Below, piece by piece: positions 8,880-16,310 of a stretch of DNA of 24,000 nt. The notes under the pieces were generated by a model that had not been told where the DNA came from, did not search any database, and worked only from the letters and a program-made list of their open reading frames with translations. This stretch comes from Candidatus Pantoea formicae. GTDB lineage: Bacteria; Pseudomonadota; Gammaproteobacteria; Enterobacterales; Enterobacteriaceae. Position numbers and translations under genes: made by a program. The stretch spans positions 73,749 to 97,748 of the forward strand of contig NZ_VWXD01000009.1 in the NCBI RefSeq assembly GCF_011752625.1, in the 5' to 3' direction. Each line of letters starts with the position of its first letter. The stretch's first letter is position 1.

Positions 8880-9779
8880 TCAGTGGCGAATTTTTGCGAG
8901 GTCGTCATCCGACAGCCCGGTTAGTTCTCTCACCGATTCCAGCGGAATGCCTTTCTGCAGCAGGTTGCGGGCGACCTCCATTTTGCCTTCCTGACGCCCT
9001 TCCTGACGTCCTTTCTCCAGTCCCTTCTGCTCCAGCTGCTGTGCAATCGTCATCAGTTCGTCCTCATGCTGCGGCACTCTCTGCGCCAGGTTGCGTACGA
9101 AGGCTTCGGCGTCGTCGGTTTCGCCCGCCTGTACGAGGTAGTTTATCAGCGAAACCAGCTGCTGTCCCGTGAGGTGACCGGCCATCAGGGTGGCGACCAG
9201 CCGGTCCAGCAGGTCAGCCATGTCGCGCCGGTGGATGTGCTTCTGCAGCAGGGTCAGCGCGGCCATGCTGCGGTGATTCATGATCTCATCGTCCGGGATC
9301 ACCGTGACGTCGACCAGCGGGAACGGCGCGCCGTAAAGGCGGCCGGCCAGCGCCGGGTCATCAAACTCCTGCAGCCAGTCGGTGGAGTACGGATACGGGC
9401 TGCGCTTCCCGGTGTAGAACAGCACCGGGATGACCAGCGGCAGCTTTTTATGCCCGGCGTCGAGGTGGCGCTGCATGGCGGCCACGGCGTAGCGCATCAG
9501 GCGAAACGCCATGTGCCGGTCGGGCGTTGACTGGTGCTCGATCAGCACGTGGATGTAGCCGTCGCCGGCGGCGGTCTTCAGGCTGTAGAGCACGTCGCTG
9601 TAGAAAGCGCGCAGGTTTTCCTCCACAAAGCTGCCGGACTCCAGCTTCAGGGTGCTCAGGTCACAGACGGCGCGCAGCTCTGCCGGCAGGTGCAGCTCGA
9701 TAAAGTCCCGGGCCGTATCGGGATGCGTCAGGAAAGCCTTGAAGGTCGCGTCGTGAGGCACCGGTGTAGGTTTTTTCAT
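8880..9779 (-). CDS. Rpn-family recombination-promoting nuclease / putative transposase (YhgA-like PD-(D/E)xK)
   Basis: The N-terminus PHDATFKAFLTHPDTARDFIELHLP, the core block SDVLYSLKT...GYIHVLIEHQS (D...ExQ/K nuclease core) and PLVIPVLFYTGKRSPYPYS are the hallmark blocks of E. coli RpnA-E/YhgA-like proteins. The C-terminal tail QQLEQKGLEKGRQEGRQEG...ARNLLQKGIPLE is also typical. Confidence 0.9.
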   Translation of the reverse strand: MKKPTPVPHDATFKAFLTHPDTARDFIELHLPAELRAVCDLSTLKLESGSFVEENLRAFYSDVLYSLKTAAGDGYIHVLIEHQSTPDRHMAFRLMRYAVAAMQRHLDAGHKKLPLVIPVLFYTGKRSPYPYSTDWLQEFDDPALAGRLYGAPFPLVDVTVIPDDEIMNHRSMAALTLLQKHIHRRDMADLLDRLVATLMAGHLTGQQLVSLINYLVQAGETDDAEAFVRNLAQRVPQHEDELMTIAQQLEQKGLEKGRQEGRQEGKMEVARNLLQKGIPLESVRELTGLSDDDLAKIRH

Positions 9780-9963
9780 GCATTTTCCATCTTTTGAAGT
9801 GCAGCGGACAGCTCGTTTATAGGCTGAGTAACGTCACAAAAATTCCGCATACTGACTGGGTCTAAGCTTCGCAGGACGTAATGGCGTAAAAAGACAGGTG
9901 CAGATCAGGACGTTTGCGGCACTCATTTAAATTTCATGCGACACAAGTTTGTCAGCCAAGAAT

Positions 9964-10836
9964 TCATTTTGTTATGTCCGGGAAGATTTCATCAATTTTG
10001 ACATATAAAGATCCTGTTTCTGCGGCGCGTCGTATTTTTTCCTCCATTAATATTCTGAAGCTCACGTTGTTTTTCAGCATCAGTGCCAGGTCATATCCGC
10101 TTACGCATACCACCCGCTTACCCCTGCCCCATGCATCCAGTCCTTCTTTTGTAAAACCGGACCAGCTGATAAAGGCGCCGCGGGCCCATGAAGCTTTTTG
10201 CTCCAGTTTCCCCTGAAGAACGTGAAGATCTGCATGACCTGTTTTCGCGTCCTGCCATTTGGCCTCTATAAGATAGGTTTCATTATTCAGCTGAAAGCTG
10301 CCGTCAATCTGTTCGCCCCTGAGCCTGAAGGCCCCCTTTGGGGCTAAATAAAATGCCTCAAACAGTTCATTGAGCCATTTTTCAAACCCGTAGCCCCTCT
10401 GCTGTGAAGGGAGTTTATGGAGCGCCTCAAGGCCGCCTAAAAAGTATTTGTTATCAATACCGGTAGGTACGACTAAGGCCGGCGTGAAGCCGGAGGCAGC
10501 CTGACTGTCCGCTCCCTGGATTTTTAAAATCAGGCGACCGTAGTTGCTTTCGTCCTGGGCGGTAATTGGATGGTCACTCAGCGTTTTCCGGTATTCCCAC
10601 AGGCGGGTCACGACTTTCAGAACGGTAATGCGTTCAGTTTTTTTAACGAAGCAGCGCAGACGCTTCATCTTTGAGCCGCCGTCGTCGCGGTAAAGTTCGT
10701 TATCAATATCTATCGAGAATTCGGATTCAAAAAATTCCCGCATGGTTTTATCAGTAAAGTCCAGAACGTAACCCGCATTGTTTTTATCTTCGAAAAGCTG
10801 CCCTACCGCCTTGATATCATTAGATGTTAATTTCAT
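9964..10836 (-). CDS. Two-domain protein: unassigned N-terminal domain plus C-terminal Mrr-like PD-(D/E)xK restriction-endonuclease fold (290 aa)
   Basis: The C-terminal half GYGFEKWLNELFEAFYLAPKGAFRLRGEQIDGSFQLNNETYLIEAKWQ contains the D...ExK arrangement (IDG ... EAK) with spacing typical of Mrr_cat-type nucleases. The N-terminal roughly 150 aa (DIKAVGQLFED..GYVLDFTDKTMREFFESEF...GGSKMKRLRCF) is not assignable by me. It is the last gene of the KAP operon, 52 nt after the KAP stop. Confidence 0.7.
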   Translation of the reverse strand: MKLTSNDIKAVGQLFEDKNNAGYVLDFTDKTMREFFESEFSIDIDNELYRDDGGSKMKRLRCFVKKTERITVLKVVTRLWEYRKTLSDHPITAQDESNYGRLILKIQGADSQAASGFTPALVVPTGIDNKYFLGGLEALHKLPSQQRGYGFEKWLNELFEAFYLAPKGAFRLRGEQIDGSFQLNNETYLIEAKWQDAKTGHADLHVLQGKLEQKASWARGAFISWSGFTKEGLDAWGRGKRVVCVSGYDLALMLKNNVSFRILMEEKIRRAAETGSLYVKIDEIFPDITK

Positions 10837-10888
10837 ACCTGATTACCCGAAAATGCGCATAAAAATTAGTTGTGAATTTGAGACATTC

Positions 10889-13126
10889 TTACCGATTGAA
10901 CGAGATCGCGTCTCTCACTTGGTTAACAAGCTCTGGAAAATTTCCGCTTCTCTCAATGTCATCCAGCCTTTGAGTCACCGTCTCTTCTCCTTCAAGAAAT
11001 TCTGCGATATCACTCAGACGCAGTGCACGGTAATAACCGGTGGCGCTGCTGAGCCCGCGATAACGGAGCTGAAGAAGCAATTTCAGAAAACTTTCGTCAT
11101 CACGGATCTTCGATGCAACCCAGGTGCTGACAAGAGCCGTTGTGCCTATATCTTTCCAGGCGAAGATAAATCCGGGTAGATCCTCGAAATGAATAAACCA
11201 GTCTGACAACTCGCGATCGTCAAGACGCTGGCAAAAAATGGTGCAGAGTTGTGTCAGTTCATTGTCAGCGAAAACCCTGTTCTCTTCGGGCTCAGGCCGG
11301 GTACCGGCCATGCCATTCTGCCAGACAAGATGGCGCAAATAGATGGCTGTCCAGTAAACGGCTTTATCGTTCCTGAGTCTTTCAGACAGATAATCAAGCG
11401 TGGAAGGACGCTCCTCGCTGAGCAGCCTTGTTAGCAGACGATCGACCAGAGTATCCAGCTCAATATCATACATGGCAAACCAGTTCCCGTGTCCCCGATA
11501 GCGGCTGACCAGATCATCGGCATACTCGAAGAAAAACCATAACAATCCCCGGCACTGTGCTGCTGTAATTACGCTGAGTCTTTGTGGAGTCAATTGATCA
11601 ATAACCTGCTCGAACTTTGTGCGTGAGGAGAAGCCGTTCAAGGTCACCAGATTAAGCAGCTTTTCAGCCAGCAGCAGGGGCTTCGGATCGCTCCCGGCCA
11701 GCCTGAAAAGTTCGTCAAAAAAGTCCGGAAGCAGGATGTTTTTGGGCGGGCTGAAGGCGAAGTAATAACGCCACCAGTCTCTGCTGCTTAGCCGTCTTCC
11801 AGATGAACGCTCCTGCTCCTCAACATGCACCGTTTTAGAGAAAAGCACCGGATTGTCGTTCCTGATACCCTCGATGCCGGGCAACCAGCGCCTCAGCGTC
11901 ACGACTGAGAGCGGTGAGACTGCTGGGAGCGACTCAAGAATACCGGTCAGTGCATTACTCATGGCGGCTTTTTCTCTATCGGATACCTGTCCCTCACCGG
12001 AATCGACAACTGCCTGCTCGGTCAGATAATGTTCTATCCAGTAGTACATTTCTGGAAGTGTAACTCGCAGCAGCTGCAGCAGGCAGAGATCCGGAAACCA
12101 GCAGAATTCCCGCAGGGGGGGATAGCGAAACGCAAGGGCACTGAGCGCCAGCCTCACCTCACGTGGCGTACTCAGAGTGGCTCCAAATGTATTCGCCACG
12201 TTTTTGAGATCGGTCAGGAGTGTTTTATCAGGCTCCCTGCCGCTCACGTTCATGTATATCTTTACAGCCTCATTAAAAAATTCACGTCGAAGATCAAACG
12301 ATTCGTGACGAGGCAGCGGAAATGGCAGCTGAACAATTTTTTGCAGGTAATGCTGACCGTCTGCAACGCCCAGCCCACGCTTCACGGCATGCCCGAGCAC
12401 CTCCGGGTCGTAGCACATCACGTAACGGAAGCGGGAAAAGTCTGCAACGGAGCGCACCAGCCGGAGAACCTCAACGGCCTGGGCGGGTTCGAGTCGGTCA
12501 AGGTCATCCAGAACAACGATAAAATTCAGGTCCAGTGAAGCGATTTTCTTTTCAATATCATCCCTCAGTGCATCAGCTGTCCGGCCACTGGCGGATAAAT
12601 CTGTTGCTGAGAGGGTTTTCATTGAGCTGGCCACTATCCCCGCTCCGGGAATGAAGTTTCCAGCCAGTTCGGCCAGAGGAGCCAGTCGTCCGCTGGCCTG
12701 CTGCGCGTAGCGCACCACATCAGTGGCCAGCGCAGAGGCTTTACTTCCGCGCAGACGGTGCCACAACCTGCACGGCCATGAAGAATTGCCCTGCTCAACC
12801 TTGTTCAGGATGTCCGCAACCGGTATAAGCAGGTTTTCAACCTTACATCCTCCGTCAGGGCTAAGCCAGGGTGAAACCTGCAGAACGTATGTTCCCTCAG
12901 GACGGTCCTGCTCCATACGATGCCGCAGCAGGTTCAGCAGGCTGGTTTTACCGGAACCCCACGGTCCCTCAATGCCGATCACCGAGCTGACATTGTCATC
13001 CAGCGCGATGATGCTGCGTGACAGGCTTTCTGCCAGTGCCACATAGCCATAGCGGTCTTCCTCTGGAGTGGTTACAGGGAGGTCATTGCCGGCCGCGGCC
13101 TGTATAGCAGAATTCTGTTCACGCAT
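10889..13126 (-). CDS. KAP-family P-loop NTPase (745 aa)
   Basis: The leader DRYGYVALAESLSRSI, Walker A VIGIEGPWGSGKTSLLNLL and the distant Walker B FIVVLDDLDRLEP give the characteristic KAP layout. About 500 aa of unassigned helical C-terminal sequence follows. The start codon lies 1 nt after the upstream stop (TGAtATG at 13124-13130). Confidence 0.9.
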   Translation of the reverse strand: MREQNSAIQAAAGNDLPVTTPEEDRYGYVALAESLSRSIIALDDNVSSVIGIEGPWGSGKTSLLNLLRHRMEQDRPEGTYVLQVSPWLSPDGGCKVENLLIPVADILNKVEQGNSSWPCRLWHRLRGSKASALATDVVRYAQQASGRLAPLAELAGNFIPGAGIVASSMKTLSATDLSASGRTADALRDDIEKKIASLDLNFIVVLDDLDRLEPAQAVEVLRLVRSVADFSRFRYVMCYDPEVLGHAVKRGLGVADGQHYLQKIVQLPFPLPRHESFDLRREFFNEAVKIYMNVSGREPDKTLLTDLKNVANTFGATLSTPREVRLALSALAFRYPPLREFCWFPDLCLLQLLRVTLPEMYYWIEHYLTEQAVVDSGEGQVSDREKAAMSNALTGILESLPAVSPLSVVTLRRWLPGIEGIRNDNPVLFSKTVHVEEQERSSGRRLSSRDWWRYYFAFSPPKNILLPDFFDELFRLAGSDPKPLLLAEKLLNLVTLNGFSSRTKFEQVIDQLTPQRLSVITAAQCRGLLWFFFEYADDLVSRYRGHGNWFAMYDIELDTLVDRLLTRLLSEERPSTLDYLSERLRNDKAVYWTAIYLRHLVWQNGMAGTRPEPEENRVFADNELTQLCTIFCQRLDDRELSDWFIHFEDLPGFIFAWKDIGTTALVSTWVASKIRDDESFLKLLLQLRYRGLSSATGYYRALRLSDIAEFLEGEETVTQRLDDIERSGNFPELVNQVRDAISFNR

Positions 13127-13127
13127 A

Positions 13128-14213
13128 TCAGAGATCCCCGTACAGGGCGCGCATGTCGGCCAGCACCGGCGCCACGTCCGGCTCGGCTACCATGGACAGA
13201 AACTCCGCCTCCAGTGCCAGATACTCTTCCAGCTTCACGAAGAAGTGCACCCCGTCCAGGGAAATGATGACGTCTTCAGATTCGTTGTACGGGAAATAGA
13301 CGCCGGCCAGACTGCCCCGGTCGCTCCAGGCCTTCGTGACGTTCAGCCACGCGCGGGCCTGAAACAGGCGTGTCAGTTCACTGAACATTGACCAGCCGAA
13401 CGCCAGCGCCACCCGGTCAGCCGTCAGCGTCAGGCTCAGCTGCGGCGCCTTATGGTGTAGGCCGTGCGCCTGAGGCATACGGTTGCCGCGGATCCATACC
13501 TGCAGGCAGACATCGTTAATTTTTACGACGCGGTTCAGATCCTCCGTCACCAGGCCTGTTGCGATCGCCCAGTCTTTCTGCGCCGCCGGCTGATACTGCT
13601 GCGCGCGGACGAGCAGCGGGAAAATGAGCTTCAGGCGCTCAGTGGTGCAGATCCGGGCGATCGCCTCGTCGGGAAAGGCCTCCAGGTTCAGGGCGCCTGA
13701 CGAGAGCGGGCGCAGCAGGAACTCTGCCCAGGTGGTGTCCACGTTGCGGCGCATGCCGGCCATGAACCGGTCCGCCTCTTCGCGGTAGTTTTCACCGCTC
13801 AGGTCAAAGGCACGGTTGATGTAGTAGTTGTCCACCGGAATGCCGTTCTCCTCCGCGTAAACCAGCGCGTTAAAGGTGATGTCCAGAAGCGCCTCTATCG
13901 CCGGCCAGCTCATGAACGTGCTGCCGGTCTGTGTGGCCTGATGCGCGCGGGTAAAGAGCCAGCGCAGCTCGGCCGGCTTCAACGCCTGGCGACCAAAGGT
14001 TTCCCCGCGCACAATCTTCCGGTAAAGCGACAGGTTGGTTGCACCAGGATCGGCATTCAGGCTCAGCCACTCGTCGTTCGGCGCGGATGCCATCAGTTTT
14101 TCTTCAATAAAGCGCCCCGCCAGGGCGTTGACCGAGGTGTCTTCGGCGGACGCCCGCGACTTCAAGCTGTCGATCAGCTTTCTGGGGAAACGTAGGTTAA
14201 GCTGGCTGAGCAT
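13128..14213 (-). CDS. Ribbon-helix-helix (CopG/Arc-like) N-terminal domain fused to a roughly 310-aa domain of unknown function (361 aa)
   Basis: The N-terminus LNLRFPRKLIDSLKSRASAEDTSVNALAGRFIEEKL fits the beta-strand/helix/helix pattern of RHH DNA-binding domains. AGGAG lies 7 nt before the ATG. It is the first gene of the operon, directly behind a palindromic operator-like array. The rest of the protein has no motif I recognise. Confidence 0.7.
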   Translation of the reverse strand: MLSQLNLRFPRKLIDSLKSRASAEDTSVNALAGRFIEEKLMASAPNDEWLSLNADPGATNLSLYRKIVRGETFGRQALKPAELRWLFTRAHQATQTGSTFMSWPAIEALLDITFNALVYAEENGIPVDNYYINRAFDLSGENYREEADRFMAGMRRNVDTTWAEFLLRPLSSGALNLEAFPDEAIARICTTERLKLIFPLLVRAQQYQPAAQKDWAIATGLVTEDLNRVVKINDVCLQVWIRGNRMPQAHGLHHKAPQLSLTLTADRVALAFGWSMFSELTRLFQARAWLNVTKAWSDRGSLAGVYFPYNESEDVIISLDGVHFFVKLEEYLALEAEFLSMVAEPDVAPVLADMRALYGDL

Positions 14214-14232
14214 GATAGTCTTCCTTTATATG

Positions 14233-14291
14233 ACAAGCATTAAAAATGCTATCATAGCATTGTATTTGCTAAATAATATATTTAATGCTTG
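14233..14291 (-). promoter_or_regulatory. Operator-like array of AGCATT/AATGCT half-sites overlapping a putative extended -10 promoter for the RHH/KAP/nuclease operon
   Basis: caAGCATTaaaAATGCTatcatAGCATTgtaTTTGCTaaataatatatttAATGCTTg contains a perfect 6-3-6 palindrome at 14235-14249 and a second AGCA-N7-TGCT site at 14255-14269. A half-site at 14284-14289 lies 40 bp from the first centre. The outer 8-mers caagcatt and aatgcttg are reverse complements. On the minus strand, TGcTATGAT (extended -10; TATGAT is the complement of 14250-14255) sits between sites 1 and 2, about 35 nt upstream of the ATG. Confidence 0.45.
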
Positions 14292-14379
14292 ATTTTTTCT
14301 TATTGTGCATCACCTGGGTGCTGTTGATTTATTACGGTGAAGGTCTTCTCATCACATATCGCGTTCGCCTTTTTGGACT

Positions 14380-14407
14380 GGATCCGGAAAAAGGCAGAAG
14401 CGGATCC
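14380..14407. repeat. Hairpin repeat copy A (7-bp stem GGATCCG/CGGATCC, 14-nt purine loop)
   Basis: ggatccg-gaaaaaggcagaag-cggatcc. It matches copy B at 24 of 27 aligned positions (one gap). It lies in the divergent intergenic region between the RHH/KAP operon and the PIN-like gene. Confidence 0.6.
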
Positions 14408-14505
14408 GACAACAGCCACCTGACGTCATGAAGGTGCATTACCGCGCGCAGGAGGTGGGTTATATTTATTGCTTACAAACAACATCAATACAAAAGGCCC
14501 ACCGC

Positions 14506-15603
14506 ATGGAGCTACAGACGCGACTTGTGTTTATCGATACTTCCGCCTATGAAATGAAAAGGCTTCAGTTTGGCCACTACGCGCTGGCTAGGCTGGAACA
14601 AATGGTCGCTGAACGGAAAATACACCTGCTGATAACTGACGTCGTGCGTTCTGAGATTGAGTCTCATCTGAAAAAATTTGCCACTGAGGCGGTCAGGCAC
14701 CTGAACCAATTTAAGAAGGACGCCAGTTTTTTGCGCGTTGCAGATGAAGCCACCGGCGGCGGCCTTTTTCCGGCGGTGACACTTGACGCTGTTCTGGGCG
14801 AAGCCACCCGAAAATTCCGTGCCCTGGTGGATAATGGCCTGACCGAAACTATTTCAGTCGCCGCAGTCAGTCCCAACCAGATCTTTGATGACTATTTCAG
14901 CGGGGCACCACCTTTTCACCGGGAGGCGAAGAAGTCAGAGTTTCCGGACGCGTTTTCACTTGCTGCGGTGGATGCCCTGGCAAGGGCCCGCATGCACAAA
15001 GTCTATGTGGTAAGCGGTGACAGGGATATGGAGGCGGTTGCGGCAGCTAACAATAATTTCCTTTATCTGTCCGGCATTGACGAACTGCTTGACCTGGTTA
15101 ACAGAAACGATGCTGAGCTGGCGGAGCTGTCCACGTTCGCTGATAGCGTGCTGGAGCAGCTCCGGGTGGATATCCTTGCAACGGCCCGGAAACAAATTGA
15201 AGAGGCTGAGTTCAGTGTTTCTTCCGATGAAGGTATCGATCCTGAAGTAGAAGATATCAAGATAATGAGCCTGGAGATCGCGACGCTGCAGCTGATTGAC
15301 GTCAGCCGGGACGGGGCCACTTACGATGCCGAATTCAGCGTCGGGCTGAACGCCACTCACGGATTTACCGATTACACACATGCCAATTATGACCGGGAAG
15401 ACCGGGTTTATTACGGGGTTGAGCACAGCACGCACCTGTACAGTCACGGGGAGCTTTACAAAGCCACGCTTGAAATCGGTTTTACTGACGGGCTGAGGAA
15501 AAATGCAGAAATTATCGGTCTGGATTTTGAGGAGGGCATTTTTGATCTTGACCTTGACTCCGCCCGTCACATACGGGAAATATTTCCGAATTATGGTCAA
15601 TAA
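14506..15603 (+). CDS. PIN-like nuclease-domain protein (N-terminal PIN-like domain, DUF4935-type by recollection) with unassigned C-terminal half (365 aa)
   Basis: Acidic residues are positioned as in PIN folds: LVFIDTSAY (strand 1 Asp), LLITDVVRSEIESH and KVYVVSGDRDME. The track ORF starts at 14428 with no RBS. The ATG at 14506 has AAGG upstream and places the first Asp at residue 10, as usual for PIN domains. The 214-aa antisense ORF has no support. Confidence 0.65.
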   Translation: MELQTRLVFIDTSAYEMKRLQFGHYALARLEQMVAERKIHLLITDVVRSEIESHLKKFATEAVRHLNQFKKDASFLRVADEATGGGLFPAVTLDAVLGEATRKFRALVDNGLTETISVAAVSPNQIFDDYFSGAPPFHREAKKSEFPDAFSLAAVDALARARMHKVYVVSGDRDMEAVAAANNNFLYLSGIDELLDLVNRNDAELAELSTFADSVLEQLRVDILATARKQIEEAEFSVSSDEGIDPEVEDIKIMSLEIATLQLIDVSRDGATYDAEFSVGLNATHGFTDYTHANYDREDRVYYGVEHSTHLYSHGELYKATLEIGFTDGLRKNAEIIGLDFEEGIFDLDLDSARHIREIFPNYGQ

Positions 15604-15670
15604 ATACGTGCAGTCGGACGCCTTTGAACGCGGCGGCCCGGGTTGTGAAGGATTATGCCGGGCATGAATA

Positions 15671-15700
15671 AGCCACTCTCAGGAGTGGCTCTTCTCGTTT
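15671..15700 (+). terminator. Intrinsic terminator downstream of the PIN-like gene
   Basis: agccactc-tcag-gagtggct is an 8-bp stem with a 4-nt loop, followed by the T-rich cttctcgttt. It lies between convergent genes (15603 and 15708). Confidence 0.6.
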
Positions 15701-15707
15701 CAGGGCA

Positions 15708-16310
15708 TCACAATACCGGCCGCTCCGTCTGCGGCATGTGCAATTTCTCGCGTATCTGATCCACCATGTCCAGGAAGTCCTCCTCTTTCTGCAGGAAGAA
15801 CAGCGTGCGGTGAACCTTCAGCAGCGTGCTCAGGTCGCGTCTGGCAGCTTCGGCAAAGAGCGCAAACGCCAGCGAGCTGCCGTGCGGAATGTGCGTGACG
15901 TCAGCGAGCTGTTTCGCGCGGATCTCCAGCAGCGGCACGCCGTCACGCATGATGCGCGCCAGCTGCTCCTGACTGACGATACCCAGCAGGCGGCACCAGG
16001 CGCGGTTTTCGGCCAGCGTCTGGGCGCTGTCATACCAGTAGTCGGCGAGGGCTGCGTTCATCATACGGGCCACATCCCTGTCCATCAGCGCCACTAGGCC
16101 ATCCGAACGCATGTAGTTGCCGATCAGGTCACCGAACGAGGCGGAGAGGAATTCCTTCAGGAACTCGCTCTTCGACCGGTTCGCCGCCCTGGCCTGCGCG
16201 GTTATCTCTCGGTCGACGTCCGGCGGGAGGTTGCGCACCGTAATCGCCCTCGCCGCTTCACGTGGAGTACTTTCATCATCTTCCGTCATTATTACCTTCG
16301 TATCCGTCAT
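15708..16310 (-). CDS. Ribbon-helix-helix (FitA/VapB-like) N-terminal domain protein with unassigned C-terminal domain (200 aa; may start at the Met at 16289)
   Basis: ITVRNLPPDVDREITAQARAANRSKSEFLKEFLSASF is a textbook RHH pattern. The second in-frame ATG (16287-16289) has AAGG 5 nt upstream, while the first ATG lacks an RBS. G+C is high, like the 361-aa RHH gene. Confidence 0.65.
   Translation of the reverse strand: MTDTKVIMTEDDESTPREAARAITVRNLPPDVDREITAQARAANRSKSEFLKEFLSASFGDLIGNYMRSDGLVALMDRDVARMMNAALADYWYDSAQTLAENRAWCRLLGIVSQEQLARIMRDGVPLLEIRAKQLADVTHIPHGSSLAFALFAEAARRDLSTLLKVHRTLFFLQKEEDFLDMVDQIREKLHMPQTERPVL

Noticed and set aside
8894-9797. Three plus-strand ORFs (92, 154 and 87 aa) across the Rpn gene
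   Set aside because: They are shadow ORFs antisense to a strongly supported GC-rich gene. Their products are Arg/Pro/Gly/Val-rich.
12029-12538. 169-aa plus-strand ORF inside the KAP gene
   Set aside because: It is antisense to the Walker B-containing region of the KAP NTPase and has no motif.
14428-14505. Upstream extension of the PIN-like ORF (track start at 14428)
   Set aside because: No SD precedes 14428. The extra 26 residues are not PIN-like, and the ATG at 14506 places the first catalytic Asp at the usual position.
14956-15600. 214-aa minus-strand ORF
   Set aside because: It is antisense to the PIN-like gene, is not preceded by an RBS, and its composition is atypical.
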